A stretch of 64,000 nt of DNA from Fimbriimonadia bacterium (GTDB taxonomy: Bacteria; Armatimonadota; Fimbriimonadia; Fimbriimonadales; JABRVX01): contig JBGPGO010000012.1 of the NCBI GenBank assembly GCA_041483895.1, positions 32,001-96,000 of the forward strand, given 5' to 3'. Positions 39,554 through 49,380 of this stretch are shown piece by piece. The position numbers and the translations under genes are program-made. Under the pieces are notes generated by a model, which saw nothing but the letters and a program-made list of their open reading frames with translations, made no database searches and was not told the DNA's origin. Within the stretch, counting starts at the first letter, position 1. Each line of letters starts with the position of its first letter.

Positions 39554-40313
39554 TTGCGGCCACCTCCTCTTTTGACTTTGTGAGCCAGTCATATCCCTGC
39601 GCTTCCAGCTTGTGGGCCAGCTCTTTCCCACCGGTCAATGCGATCCTTCCGTCCACCATTACGTGAACGACATCCGGCTCGATATGATTCAAAATTCGTA
39701 CATAGTGGGTGATCAGCAGCACTCCCATGTCCGGCCCGCGCATCTTGTTGACGTTGTCGGACACAATTCGCAACGCATCGATATCCAACCCCGAATCTGT
39801 CTCGTCCATGATTGCCAGCTCCGGTTTGATGAGCGACATCTGAAGCATCTCGAACCGCTTCTTCTCGCCACCGGAAAATCCGTCATTCACATATCGGGTG
39901 GCAAACGATTCATCGATGTTGAGCTCGGCTAGCTTCTCCTTGAACGCCTTTCGAAATTCCGCCGGCTTGATGTCCTCGCCGCGTAGCGCCTTGAGCGAAG
40001 AGCGAAGGAAGTTGACCATCGTGACGCCGGGAATCGCGACCGGATACTGGAACGCCAGAAACACTCCGGCCCGCGCCCGCTCGTCGGCAGCCATTTCCAA
40101 TAGGTCCTTGCCCTTATACAGGACCTCCCCGCCGGTCACTTCGTAGGTCGGATGGCCCATAAGGACGCAGGACAGGGTGCTCTTGCCGGACCCGTTCGGA
40201 CCCATGAGAGCATGTATCTGGCCCCTGTTGACGGTGAGGCTGACACCCTTTAGGATTTCCTTCCCCTCAACGGAGGCGTGGAGGTCTCGAACCTCGAGTA
40301 GCGGCTGACTCAT
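39546..40313 (-). CDS. sufC: Fe-S cluster assembly ATPase SufC
   Basis: [22 protein letters not shown] and DETDSGLD motifs. Confidence 0.96.
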   Translation of the reverse strand: MSQPLLEVRDLHASVEGKEILKGVSLTVNRGQIHALMGPNGSGKSTLSCVLMGHPTYEVTGGEVLYKGKDLLEMAADERARAGVFLAFQYPVAIPGVTMVNFLRSSLKALRGEDIKPAEFRKAFKEKLAELNIDESFATRYVNDGFSGGEKKRFEMLQMSLIKPELAIMDETDSGLDIDALRIVSDNVNKMRGPDMGVLLITHYVRILNHIEPDVVHVMVDGRIALTGGKELAHKLEAQGYDWLTKSKEEVAASV

Positions 40314-40828
40314 TCCTTCCAACTCCTTGAATTCATCGTGATTTGCGCCGATCGGATCAGCGGTTCCCCGATGGCGGCTTTGTGCGCGCTCGCCACTTTT
40401 TCCCGGACGTGCCCTTCTGTCTCCAGCAGGTCGGAAAGTTTCATACCGTCCAGCATCGCGCCGATGTATGCAGCGATTTGTGCCCACATCGGGCGGACGC
40501 TGCAACTTGAAGTGTGTACGCACGCGTCCTGATTGCCGATATATTGGCCGCAGACGTGCTCGGGCGTCAGAATTTCACCGAGAGCCCGGATGGCAGCTCC
40601 GATCGTGATGCGGTCCGGCGGCATGGCCAATTGGAACCCGCCCTTGCTGCCGCGCGCGCTTCGGGCCAAACCGTTTTGACTGAGGATTCGAAGCAGCTTC
40701 TCGACGTAGGGCGTGGACAGGCCCTCAGCCTCCGAAATCTCGGATACGCTGACCCAATCGCCGTCCCCGGCTCGTGCAAGCTGGAGAAGGCATCTTAATC
40801 CGTATTCTTCCTGGGCGCTTAGTTTCAT
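40310..40828 (-). CDS. Rrf2/IscR-like regulator of the suf operon
   Basis: [18 protein letters not shown] and three Cys (C-X9-C-X5-C). Confidence 0.9.
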   Translation of the reverse strand: MKLSAQEEYGLRCLLQLARAGDGDWVSVSEISEAEGLSTPYVEKLLRILSQNGLARSARGSKGGFQLAMPPDRITIGAAIRALGEILTPEHVCGQYIGNQDACVHTSSCSVRPMWAQIAAYIGAMLDGMKLSDLLETEGHVREKVASAHKAAIGEPLIRSAQITMNSRSWKE

Positions 40829-40875
40829 CGGCAGTCCCCGCCCTTCTAACGGCGGCTCCATACTGATCGTGCCAC

Positions 40876-40899
40876 ATATCCTACTTTTTTGTCAACTAT
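40876..40899 (-). promoter_or_regulatory. IscR/Rrf2-type operator overlapping the -35 box
   Basis: ATAGTTGACAAAAAAGTAGGATAT resembles the IscR type-1 box and contains TTGACA. Confidence 0.7.
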
Positions 40900-40913
40900 T
40901 CGTTTAAAGATGC

Positions 40914-41410
40914 GTCGCGGGTTGGGGAGGGGCCGGATGCGACGGGTCTCCGGACCGAGTCGCGGGTTGGGGAGGGGCCGGATGCGACGGGTCTCCGGAC
41001 CGAGTCGCAGGTTGGGGAGGGGCCGGATGCGACGGGTCTCCGGACCGAGTCGCGGGTGTCCCTTGGTCTCGTCGCGGGTTGGGGGGGGCGGATGCGACCG
41101 GTCTCCGGACCGAGTCGCAGGTGTCCCTTGGTCTCGTCGCGGGTTGGGGAGGGGGCGGATGCGACCGGTCTCCGGACCGACTCGCAGGTGCCGTGGTCTC
41201 GACAACGGGTTGGGGAGGGGGTGGATGCGACCGGTCTCCGGACCGAGTCGCAGGTGCCTTGGTCTCGTCGCGGGTTGGGGAGGGGGCGGATGCGACCGGT
41301 CTCCGGACCGAGTCGCGGGTGTCCCTTGGTCTCGTCGCGGGTTGGGGAGGGGACGGATGCGATCGGTCTCCGGACCGAGTCGCGGGTGTACCTTGTTCTC
41401 CTGACCGAGC
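40914..41410 (+). repeat. Tandem array of 8 REP hairpins with G-rich linkers
   Basis: GGATGCGAC(C/G)GGTCTCCGGACCGAGTCGC (single substitutions in two copies) at 40935, 40980, 41025, 41090, 41157, 41223, 41288 and 41355; periods 45,45,65,67,66,65,67. Confidence 0.92.
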
Positions 41411-41414
41411 GGAA

Positions 41415-41951
41415 TCAGATCAAGATCGGATCGATAGGAACCGGTCCAATCTCGCCAGTAGCGTAGAAGTTCGCGGAAGAGTGGACCCAATCTTCCGGTC
41501 TCCTCACAAAGCCCTTTCGGACCGGATTATTGTGCATGTATTCTAGTTTCTGAATGAGCCACTCCCGCGATGATATCGCCTCTGCGTGCAGCCCATGCTT
41601 CCAAAACCTGCGCTCCCGATCGGTTGTCGCGTGGCCTCGCAAGGCGTAACCAAACCAGCTCGGCATATCCGAATCTACGTAGGCGGCTAACTTGCTTCCC
41701 GTAAATTTTCGCCAAGCCGTCATCGTTTCGCGCAGTCTGCCAGCTAGCAGATCCTCATCGTAGACCACCACATGAACGTGGGTCGGCATGACCATGTTGC
41801 CGGCGATCCGCAGATGCTTAGTTTCCCTGCAAAAAACCAAGGATTCGATCAGGATTTCAACAGGCTGGGTAGCAATGAAGACAGGCAACCAGTCGTGAAC
41901 CGTTGATGTTACGAAGTAGGCATGACCATCTTCAATGATATCGAAAGCCAT
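41415..41951 (-). mobile_element. rayT: REP-associated tyrosine transposase (RAYT/TnpA-REP, HUH-Y1)
   Basis: YFVT, VMPTHVH (HUH), FW, EYMHNNPVRKG...W..SSA; flanked on both sides by palindromic repeats. Confidence 0.9.
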
Positions 41952-42013
41952 GCTGTAAGCGATTCACCGAAGGGCAAATTGAATCCTTCTGGACCTAGAC
42001 CGGTGGCCCCGGA

Positions 42014-42105
42014 ACGGTCAGGAGACCTTAAAGCACCCGCGAGGTCAGGAGACCGGTCACATCAGGTTCCCCACACCCGACTCGGTCAGGAGACCGGTCG
42101 CATCT
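42014..42105 (-). repeat. REP copies upstream of the RAYT, inverted relative to the array
   Basis: CGGTCAGGAGACC, GGTCAGGAGACCGGTCACATC and CGACTCGGTCAGGAGACCGGTCGCATC. Confidence 0.85.
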
Positions 42106-42110
42106 AGGAA

Positions 42111-42314
42111 CTAGGCCGCTGGGCTGGGATGAGCGCCGTCTTTGAGAAGATGCTCGATTCGATCCGCCGATGTGGTGGCAAAATCCAACATTCGATCCAT
42201 GGTGCGCTCAGGATTTGCCCTATGCCTGCGAATGATGAAGAAGGCCGCCGTTCCGACGCCTACCAGGGCCGCTACCAAGAAGACAATATTCGTACCTTTT
42301 GATGATTCCGACAT
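42111..42314 (-). CDS. Small single-TM hypothetical protein
   Basis: One TM helix; directly downstream of the response regulator. Confidence 0.6.
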   Translation of the reverse strand: MSESSKGTNIVFLVAALVGVGTAAFFIIRRHRANPERTMDRMLDFATTSADRIEHLLKDGAHPSPAA

Positions 42315-42324
42315 TTTTTTCGGA

Positions 42325-42732
42325 CTAGTCCAGGTCGTACCGCTTCGGTCCGCCCGCGGACGTGTCCCCTCCGATTATTCGTTTGACGAATGTAACAAGC
42401 TCCATTGGGTTAAACGGTTTCGTCAGGTACATGTCAGCACCATAGTGGTAGCCTTCGAAAACATCTTTGTCCTGCGCCTTCGCGGTGAGCATGATAACCG
42501 GCAGCTCTTGGAACTCCGGCTCGCGGCGCAAGGTCTTCAAAACCTCGAACCCATCCATGTACGGCATCATCACGTCGAGCACGACAAGGTCGGGCTTTAC
42601 CGATTTAATCTTCTCGAGACCCTCTTTGCCGTCATACGCGGTTATGACCTCCCAGCCTTGACGTTCCAGGTTGACCTGGATGAGGCGCACGATGTGCCTC
42701 TCATCGTCACAGACCAGGATTTTCAGAGCCAT
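42325..42732 (-). CDS. Single-domain response regulator (CheY-like)
   Basis: ILVCDDE, LDVMMP, MLTA and YLTKPF motifs. Confidence 0.93.
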   Translation of the reverse strand: MALKILVCDDERHIVRLIQVNLERQGWEVITAYDGKEGLEKIKSVKPDLVVLDVMMPYMDGFEVLKTLRREPEFQELPVIMLTAKAQDKDVFEGYHYGADMYLTKPFNPMELVTFVKRIIGGDTSAGGPKRYDLD

Positions 42733-42769
42733 GAGAGAAGACCTCCGGTGGGGTTTCGAGTTGCCGCCA

Positions 42770-42799
42770 ATGCTACCCGCACGCCATGGGGCGTGTCAA
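42770..42799 (-). promoter_or_regulatory. Sigma70-type promoter for the response regulator
   Basis: TTGACA-18 nt-TAGCAT on the minus strand. Confidence 0.65.
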
Positions 42800-42848
42800 C
42801 GAAGCTGCGTCCAAACCGAACCTGGGTTGTTCTTCCGCCGGTAGGATT

Positions 42849-42958
42849 ATCGGCGGGGCGCCCGCCAGGTTGCAGGTTTACTGAAAACTGTGGCCGCGGG
42901 TCAGTGTGCCGATATCCGTTGCCTGCCGACCACCGAAGCCCGCGTTGCGCTCGCCGAT
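42849..42958. ncRNA. Candidate structured RNA (three-stem junction), family unknown
   Basis: Closing stem ATCGGCG/CGCCGAT with GCGC/GCGC, two internal hairpins, and a GGTAGGAT -10-like box just 5' on the + strand. Confidence 0.35.
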
Positions 42959-42983
42959 CACCCTGTTCAGCACAGCACCGATA

Positions 42984-43035
42984 CGGTCAGGAGACCTTAA
43001 GCCACCTGCGACTCGGTCAGGAGACCGGTCGCATC
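42984..43035 (-). repeat. REP copies (RAYT family)
   Basis: CGGTCAGGAGACCTTAA and GCGACTCGGTCAGGAGACCGGTCGCATC. Confidence 0.85.
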
Positions 43036-43270
43036 AACACGGCATATCAAGAACCTGCACGTTCTGGAACTCCGGTCCGGCGAGAACCGACCGCAGAACT
43101 TCGATGTCGGGAACCTGGCCAACGAAGAGCATATCCGGCAGTTCGGCGCGAATCTGGTCCACGGCGTCCTTACCGCTTCCGACACAAGTAACCTGCCACC
43201 CCTGCCTCTGGAGATTAATTTCTGCCAACCGGGACCGATGCGGGTCGGCGGAACAGATCAGTACCTTCAC
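43034..43270 (-). CDS. Truncated/degenerate receiver-domain protein (possible pseudogene)
   Basis: GTG start overlapping the glycerate kinase stop; VKVLICSAD...INLQRQGWQV...GKDAV...PDML aligns to the N-terminal half of 42325-42732. Confidence 0.55.
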   Translation of the reverse strand: MKVLICSADPHRSRLAEINLQRQGWQVTCVGSGKDAVDQIRAELPDMLFVGQVPDIEVLRSVLAGPEFQNVQVLDMPC

Positions 43271-44328
43271 CTGGCCGGCTTCACCGCTGCGGCTGCCTTG
43301 GCAACGCCTGCTGAAGTGCTTCTCGACGGCGCAACGACGATGGGGGCGGCAGCAAGGCCTCGTGCAACTGACTCCCACCCGTCTCCCAAACTCCCTACCA
43401 CGGCGTAGCACGGCTTCCCTGCGGCGCGGCACCGACGAATAATCTCCCCAACAATCTTGCCGTCTTTTGTCTGGCCATCGAGCCGCCCCTCACCCGTAAC
43501 AACCAGATCGTGGGTTGAAAGAAGCCGGTCGAAGTCCACCGCCTCCAATACAAACTTGGAACCCAACACCAGCCGAGCCCCCAAGAACCGGGCCAGCCCA
43601 TAGGCCATTCCGCCCGCGGCGCCGGTCATCGGCGCATTCGGCGATTTCGACCGCGCTCCTTCCGCCTCAGCGATCGCGGCCAGCCCCTCTTCCAGCCGCC
43701 TGCGGGTCCGGGCATCCCCCACACCCTTCTGCCTCCCGAAGACGGCAATCGCCCCTTCGGGGCCCAGAAGCGGATTGGTTACATCGCAGGCCACGACAAT
43801 CTGCGCTTGGAGCCGAGGCCCGGGTTCGACGTGGGTAAGTCGGCGGAGGTCCCCGGCGGTCTCCAATTCGTGTCCCCGGCTATCCAAAAACTGAAAACCC
43901 AGCGCCCGAAGGCAACCCATGCCGGCGTCGTTCGTGGCGCTCCCACCCAGGCCGATCAGGATCACCGTAGCGCCAGACTCCTCCGCGGCAGAGATGAGCT
44001 GCCCCACCCCAAAGCTGGTCGCGGTCAGTGGGTCGAGATCGTCGGGGTCAACAAGCGCCAGTCCGCAGGCGCGCGCCGATTCGATGATGGCTATTCCATC
44101 GCGTTCCACGGCGAACTCAGCCCAAACCGCCTTCCCCAGCGGCCCGGTCACTTTTCGGCGAATTCGTTTGGCTTTGGGGGAGGCAAGGCAGTCCAGGAAG
44201 CAGTCTCCGCCGTCGGAGAGCTGCCGGATTGTTGTTCGTCCGCCGATCCCCGCCGCCATCGCCTGAGCGGCCTTTTCGGCCGTCAGGGTTCCTTTGAAGG
44301 CTGTTGGACAGATTAGAACGCGCACCAC
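43267..44328 (-). CDS. glxK: Glycerate kinase
   Basis: FKGTL, DGG, GLGGSATNDAG, GAAGG and VTGEGRLDGQT..GK motifs. Confidence 0.9.
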   Translation of the reverse strand: MVRVLICPTAFKGTLTAEKAAQAMAAGIGGRTTIRQLSDGGDCFLDCLASPKAKRIRRKVTGPLGKAVWAEFAVERDGIAIIESARACGLALVDPDDLDPLTATSFGVGQLISAAEESGATVILIGLGGSATNDAGMGCLRALGFQFLDSRGHELETAGDLRRLTHVEPGPRLQAQIVVACDVTNPLLGPEGAIAVFGRQKGVGDARTRRRLEEGLAAIAEAEGARSKSPNAPMTGAAGGMAYGLARFLGARLVLGSKFVLEAVDFDRLLSTHDLVVTGEGRLDGQTKDGKIVGEIIRRCRAAGKPCYAVVGSLGDGWESVARGLAAAPIVVAPSRSTSAGVAKAAAAVKPAR

Positions 44329-44371
44329 GTAAGGGTTTCAACACCGGCCGAGCTCAACCCTTTTTGAAAAG

Positions 44372-44914
44372 CTATTCTTCCTCGAACTCGTTCTCGCCCG
44401 GCTCATCGTCTTCTTCCGCGGCCTGGGAGGCTTCGAGGACCGACTCAGCCATGTAGATCGGAGCGCTGTACCGCGTGGCCATTGCGATCGCGTCGCTGGG
44501 CCGGGAATCGAACTCCAGCACCTCATCGCCTTTGCGGAGGAACATCTTCGCGTAGTACACGTTCCGCCACAGATCGTCAATGACGATGCGCTCGATGGCA
44601 TAGCCCAGGCGGTCGATGATGCTGCGAATGAGGTCGTGGGTGAAGGGCCGATCGGGGTAATCGTTCTCCTTGGCCATCTGGATGGAGAGCCATTCGAACG
44701 CTCCGATCACCATTCGGACGGTGCGGCCGGTGTCGTCGGACAGCATGATGACGCGTTGGGACGGCTGGGTTGGATGCTCGAGGTCGTAAAACCCCTCGAT
44801 ATCCATCCGAATCTCACGATCAGCCTCGCGCTCCTCCCGGTCCGGTCCCATTGGGAAGAATGGCGGAGGCTTGCTCATGTCGTCGCCGAATTGCGGATTC
44901 AACTCTTCAGACAT
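44372..44914 (-). CDS. Bifunctional nuclease-family protein (DUF151)
   Basis: IGAFE, RPFTHDL and [11 protein letters not shown] motifs. Confidence 0.9.
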   Translation of the reverse strand: MSEELNPQFGDDMSKPPPFFPMGPDREEREADREIRMDIEGFYDLEHPTQPSQRVIMLSDDTGRTVRMVIGAFEWLSIQMAKENDYPDRPFTHDLIRSIIDRLGYAIERIVIDDLWRNVYYAKMFLRKGDEVLEFDSRPSDAIAMATRYSAPIYMAESVLEASQAAEEDDEPGENEFEEE

Positions 44915-44930
44915 CTTTCCCCGTCGACAG

Positions 44931-46220
44931 CTACTTCATTGTCGCGGTCTTGGCCACCACGTCCGCGAGGAACTCGTCGTTCGTTTTGGTCCGTTGCAGG
45001 AGCTTGATGAGCGACTGCGCGGCTTCGACCGAGTTCTCCTGGTTCGCAAGAAGCTTACGGAGCTGCCATACGCTTCGGAGCTTTTCCCCTTCGAAGAGAA
45101 GCTCTTCATGGCGCGTGGATGACCGCCGGACGTCAATGGCGGGCCAGACGCGCCGTTCGGATAGCTCGCGATCCAAGACCAACTCCATATTACCCGTGCC
45201 CTTGAACTCTTCGAAGATCGCGTCGTCCATTCGGCTCCCTGTGTCGACCAGAACCGTAGCGATGATTGTGAGGCTGCCGCCCTCTTCCAGTTTTCGGGCG
45301 GCTCCGAAGAAGCGGCGCGGCCGATAGAGGGCCGATGGGTCGAGACCGCCGGACAGGGTCCGGCCGCTCGGGCTGATGGTCAGGTTGCTTGCGCGGCTGA
45401 GGCGGGTAAGGCTGTCCAAGAGGATGACCACATCCCTGCCGACTTCGACCAAGCGCTTCGCCTGTTCGAGGCAGAGGTCGGTGACCCGCATGTGGTTATC
45501 CGGCGGCTCGTCAAAGGTCGAGGATATGACCGAGCCTCGCACGGAACGCCGCATGTCGGTAACTTCCTCGGGGCGCTCATCCACGAGCAGCACCAAGAGG
45601 GCGACCTCCGGGTTGTTGATGGCGATGCTGTTTGCCATCGTCTTGAGCAGCATGGTCTTGCCGGCTTTGGGCGGCGAGACAATGAGGCCTCGCTGGCCCT
45701 TGCCAACCGGGGAGATGAGATCGATGATTCGGGCCGACATCCCATCCGGACTGTGCTCCATAATCAAGAGATCCGTCGGATAGAGCGGCGTGAAATCCTC
45801 GAAGTCCTTACGAGTTCGGATGCTTTCGATGTCGAGGCCGTTGATCGATTCGACGCGCAACAGGCCGTAGTACTTCTCGCCTTCCTTAGGCGGACGAACC
45901 TGGCCGAAGACGGAATCGCCCGTTCGAAGCCCGAATCGCTTGATCTGCGACTGCGAGACGTAGACGTCGCTCGGCGAGTTGGCAAAGTTGCTCCTGCGAA
46001 GGAACCCCCAGCCATCCTGGAGGATCTCCAGGATGCCTTCCGCATAGATGGTGCCGAGTTCGCGGTTCACGTGGATCAGGATCTTGTGGATGATGTCTAT
46101 GCGGTCGCGAAGGTCGGCTTCCAGCTCATACGAGCGGGCCAGCTCGATTAGCTCTTCCGTCGGCTTGTCGCAAAAAGTGCGAAAGTCAGTAGCTGGGGCG
46201 TTCTCTAGGTCGGAGTGCAT
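44931..46220 (-). CDS. rho: Transcription termination factor Rho
   Basis: [30 protein letters not shown] and [10 protein letters not shown] motifs. Confidence 0.97.
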   Translation of the reverse strand: MHSDLENAPATDFRTFCDKPTEELIELARSYELEADLRDRIDIIHKILIHVNRELGTIYAEGILEILQDGWGFLRRSNFANSPSDVYVSQSQIKRFGLRTGDSVFGQVRPPKEGEKYYGLLRVESINGLDIESIRTRKDFEDFTPLYPTDLLIMEHSPDGMSARIIDLISPVGKGQRGLIVSPPKAGKTMLLKTMANSIAINNPEVALLVLLVDERPEEVTDMRRSVRGSVISSTFDEPPDNHMRVTDLCLEQAKRLVEVGRDVVILLDSLTRLSRASNLTISPSGRTLSGGLDPSALYRPRRFFGAARKLEEGGSLTIIATVLVDTGSRMDDAIFEEFKGTGNMELVLDRELSERRVWPAIDVRRSSTRHEELLFEGEKLRSVWQLRKLLANQENSVEAAQSLIKLLQRTKTNDEFLADVVAKTATMK

Positions 46221-46470
46221 GTGCTGGTTCGGATCTACCGGACGCGGTCTGCGCGGGCCTAGGTTCCCCGGTCGTTTACGATTAATGTTGGGAATGGAAT
46301 TTCACTCCTTCTTATGCTTAGCGATGGGACCGTTTCTCCGCCGGAAATGGACTCACCCTACGGTGATGGCAAAATCTAGAAAAGGACCGGCGAGAACTGG
46401 AAAAGAGAATCGCGAAGAAGGCTTCTAACTCTAACTATAGCATGATTTCCAGATTCTGTCTAGGTCTTTT

Positions 46471-47004
46471 TCACCAAGCGGGCTGTTTTAATTCTGCAAT
46501 AAACGGTAAGTTTCGATACTTTTCATCCCAATCAAGACCATAGCCAACGACGAAACGGTCGTCGATTTCAAACCCCCGGTAGTCTATTGGGACCTCTTTC
46601 TGCCGCCGAGCCGGCTTATCCAGCAGGCAACATACCTTCAGATGTGCCGGGTGTCGGACGTTGAGGGTTTCGAGTAGATAGGCCAAAGTCAGGCCTGTAT
46701 CAACGATGTCCTCAACAATGATTACGTGTTTTCCTTCGATTTGGGTGTCAATGTCCTTGAGAATTCTCACGATTCCGGTCGTTTTGGTCTCGGAGCCGTA
46801 GCTGCTGACGGCTAAGAAGTCGTAGGTTACCTCGCCGGGAAGGGCCCGCAGGAGGTCCGCCAGGAAGGGCGCGGCGCCTTTCAGCACGGCGATCAACATC
46901 AGCGGCTCGGTCGGAAAGTCGCGCCGAATCTCAGCCCCCAATGCCGAAATCCGCTGCGAAATCTGCTCAGCGGTAAAGAGCGGCACAATCTGGGTATCGA
47001 GCAT
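46471..47004 (-). CDS. hpt: Hypoxanthine phosphoribosyltransferase
   Basis: VLKGA, IVEDIVDTGLT and FVVGYGLD motifs. Confidence 0.95.
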   Translation of the reverse strand: MLDTQIVPLFTAEQISQRISALGAEIRRDFPTEPLMLIAVLKGAAPFLADLLRALPGEVTYDFLAVSSYGSETKTTGIVRILKDIDTQIEGKHVIIVEDIVDTGLTLAYLLETLNVRHPAHLKVCCLLDKPARRQKEVPIDYRGFEIDDRFVVGYGLDWDEKYRNLPFIAELKQPAW

Positions 47005-48533
47005 TATTCCCATTCGATGGTGGCAGGCGGCTTCGAGGTTAGGTCGTAGAGTACCCGATTGACCCCTTGCACTTCGTTGACGATCCGGGTGGCGATTCGC
47101 TCCAGGGTTTCCCACGGAACGCGGACGGCGACGGCGGTCATGGCGTCCTCGCTGGCGACGGCCCGCAGGACGATCGGGTTCTCGTAGGTTCTCGCATCGC
47201 CCATAACGCCGACGCTTCGCACATCCAACAGAGCGGCATAGGACTGCCAAATCGTATCCCAAACGCCACTCGCCCGAAGCTCATGGATGGCGATGGCATC
47301 CGCCTGCTGCAGACGCTCGACCCGTTCGGGGGTCACTTCGCCAAGGATGCGGACAGCGAGGCCGGGACCGGGGAAGGGCTGCCGCTCCACGAGGTGCTCG
47401 GGCAGGCCCAGTTCGCGGCCGACGGCGCGGGCTTCGTCTTTAAAGAGCAGCCGCAGCGGCTCCAGGACGTTGATCCGCATCCAATCGGGCAGGCCGCCGA
47501 CGTTGTGGTGCGATTTGATCTTTGCCGCGACGGGGTTTCCACTCTCGATGACATCGGGATAGAGAGTGCCCTGAATCAGCCACTCGCACTCGCCGACCTC
47601 GCCCGCCAGCTTTTCGAAGACCCGGATGAACTCGGCCCCGATGATCTTGCGCTTTTCTTCCGGATCGATGACGCTTTTTAGGGCCGCGAAGAACTGGTCA
47701 GCCGCGTCCACTGCGATGAAGCGGGAGTCGTAATGGTCGGCAAAAACCTTCTCCACTTCCTCGGCTTCGCCTAATCGCATGAGGCCGTGATCGACGAAGA
47801 TGCAGGTCAGGTTCTTGTGCAGGGCTTTCCCGGCGAGGGCGGCCGCCACGCATGAGTCCACGCCGCCGCTCACCGCGCAGACCGCATGTCCGGTCCCGAC
47901 CTTCGTCCGAATCTCTTCGACGGCGGTGGCGATGAAGTTGGCGGCGGTCCAGTCCGGCCGGCAAGAGCAAATGTCGTAGACAAAGCGTTTGAACACCTCT
48001 TTGCCGCGTTCGGTGTGGGTGACCTCCGGATGGCATTGGATGCCGTAGAGCTTCCGTTCGTCGCTCTCCATGGCCGCCACGGGGCAGGTGTCGGTGGTTG
48101 CTGTTGTTTGGAAACCGGAGGGTGGGGCCGCCACCTGGTCGCCGTGTGACATCCAGACGCGGGACTCGCCCTTTTCCAACAGCCGCGAGCCGATGGCGCG
48201 CAGGGTGGCGTTGCCGTACTCGCGGTTCGTGGTATGGACCTCGCCGCCCAACTCCGCCGCCATGAGCTGATGGCCGTAGCAGATGCCGAGGACGGGAATG
48301 CCCAGATCGAACACCTTTGGGTCCAGCTTCGGGGCGTTTGGGGCGTACACGCTTTCCGGTCCGCCGCTCAGGATGATTCCTTTGGGCTCTTTCGCGCGGA
48401 TTTCGTCTGGCGTGGCGTTATACGGCAGGATCTCGGAGAAGACGTTGCACTCGCGGACCCGCCGGGCGATGAGTTGTGTGTACTGACCGCCAAAGTCCAA
48501 AACGATGATGCCTTGCGGCAGCAACTGCGGCAT
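47004..48533 (-). CDS. guaA: GMP synthase (glutamine-hydrolyzing)
   Basis: GICYG, SGGVDS, IKSHHN, PFPGPGL and KPPATIEWE motifs. Confidence 0.97.
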   Translation of the reverse strand: MPQLLPQGIIVLDFGGQYTQLIARRVRECNVFSEILPYNATPDEIRAKEPKGIILSGGPESVYAPNAPKLDPKVFDLGIPVLGICYGHQLMAAELGGEVHTTNREYGNATLRAIGSRLLEKGESRVWMSHGDQVAAPPSGFQTTATTDTCPVAAMESDERKLYGIQCHPEVTHTERGKEVFKRFVYDICSCRPDWTAANFIATAVEEIRTKVGTGHAVCAVSGGVDSCVAAALAGKALHKNLTCIFVDHGLMRLGEAEEVEKVFADHYDSRFIAVDAADQFFAALKSVIDPEEKRKIIGAEFIRVFEKLAGEVGECEWLIQGTLYPDVIESGNPVAAKIKSHHNVGGLPDWMRINVLEPLRLLFKDEARAVGRELGLPEHLVERQPFPGPGLAVRILGEVTPERVERLQQADAIAIHELRASGVWDTIWQSYAALLDVRSVGVMGDARTYENPIVLRAVASEDAMTAVAVRVPWETLERIATRIVNEVQGVNRVLYDLTSKPPATIEWE

Positions 48534-48606
48534 GGGAGATCGGATTGTACCCTGGCAACACCGCCATGCTAGTTAGCAAGCAATGGAAATGGCCACTCGC
48601 ACCGGG

Positions 48607-49254
48607 CTACGGCGACGTTGCCGTAGAACCATCCCTTTGTTCAATCCCCGCCAACTTCGAGGTGGGCAACTTCGAATACAGCTGTTCCACCTCCTTTGGC
48701 TGTGTGATTTGGTTCTCGACGATGAGGTTGACCAGTTCGAACAGCACTGTCGCCGTTGCGACATCGTCCTTCATGTCAAGTTCACCTGGATGAACAGACT
48801 CGTTGCCGATGACGCGGACGATGTCGAGCGACTGTTGAATTCTGGTTGGAAGGCCGTTGCCCACCAGCTTGCCGATATCAGCGTTTAGGTCTTTCCCAGT
48901 CTGCCCCAACGCCTTGCATAGCTTCTGAATCCCAAGCCGCAAAAGTGCAGCCGCGCCGCGAGGGCTCTTGCCGACGATATCCCTGGCTTCCATGTAATCG
49001 CACGTCACGTCTTCCGGCATGTCCAGATTGGGCATCGGGGCCGTACTATCGCCGGGATGGAGCATCGTGCCATTCCACCACACTGATAGCTCATGGCACT
49101 GCGTGCAGTAGGCCGCGTTCAGCCGATCTTCGAAATTGGCCGCGCTTCCAACAACCAGTCGAACCTTGGCCCATAGTTGCTTCGCGTAGGCGTGGCAGAA
49201 CGGACAGTTGAACGCCGTAATATTGATCGCCGGAGCGGTATACGGTATCTTCAT
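48607..49254 (-). CDS. DUF4145 (HEPN-like) protein with an N-terminal Zn ribbon
   Basis: CPFC...CTQC, SPRGAAALLRL and R.IGNESVHPG motifs. Confidence 0.85.
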   Translation of the reverse strand: MKIPYTAPAINITAFNCPFCHAYAKQLWAKVRLVVGSAANFEDRLNAAYCTQCHELSVWWNGTMLHPGDSTAPMPNLDMPEDVTCDYMEARDIVGKSPRGAAALLRLGIQKLCKALGQTGKDLNADIGKLVGNGLPTRIQQSLDIVRVIGNESVHPGELDMKDDVATATVLFELVNLIVENQITQPKEVEQLYSKLPTSKLAGIEQRDGSTATSP

Positions 49255-49380
49255 GTTGCTGCAACAGAGTCTACCCATACCCTGGTCAACCGATGCTGCC
49301 TCCGATGGGGGCGACCCTCCGGTGGCATCTTTGCCAGTTTGGAAGCAATGCATTGTCACCCACTGTAATCGCGCGTCGGT

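Noticed and set aside
40914..41410. CRISPR array (29-bp repeat with a ~66-bp period)
   Set aside because: The spacers are near-identical G-rich linkers, there are no cas genes, and the repeat also occurs dispersed and inverted around a RAYT.
40846..41546. Repetitive ORFs on both strands over the array
   Set aside because: They are translations of a GC-rich tandem repeat with no RBS or protein-like composition.
48548..49350. Weak direct similarity flanking DUF4145 (TACCCTGG-CAAC...AAGCAATG) as att sites
   Set aside because: Short, gapped and mismatched; cannot be told apart from chance by eye.
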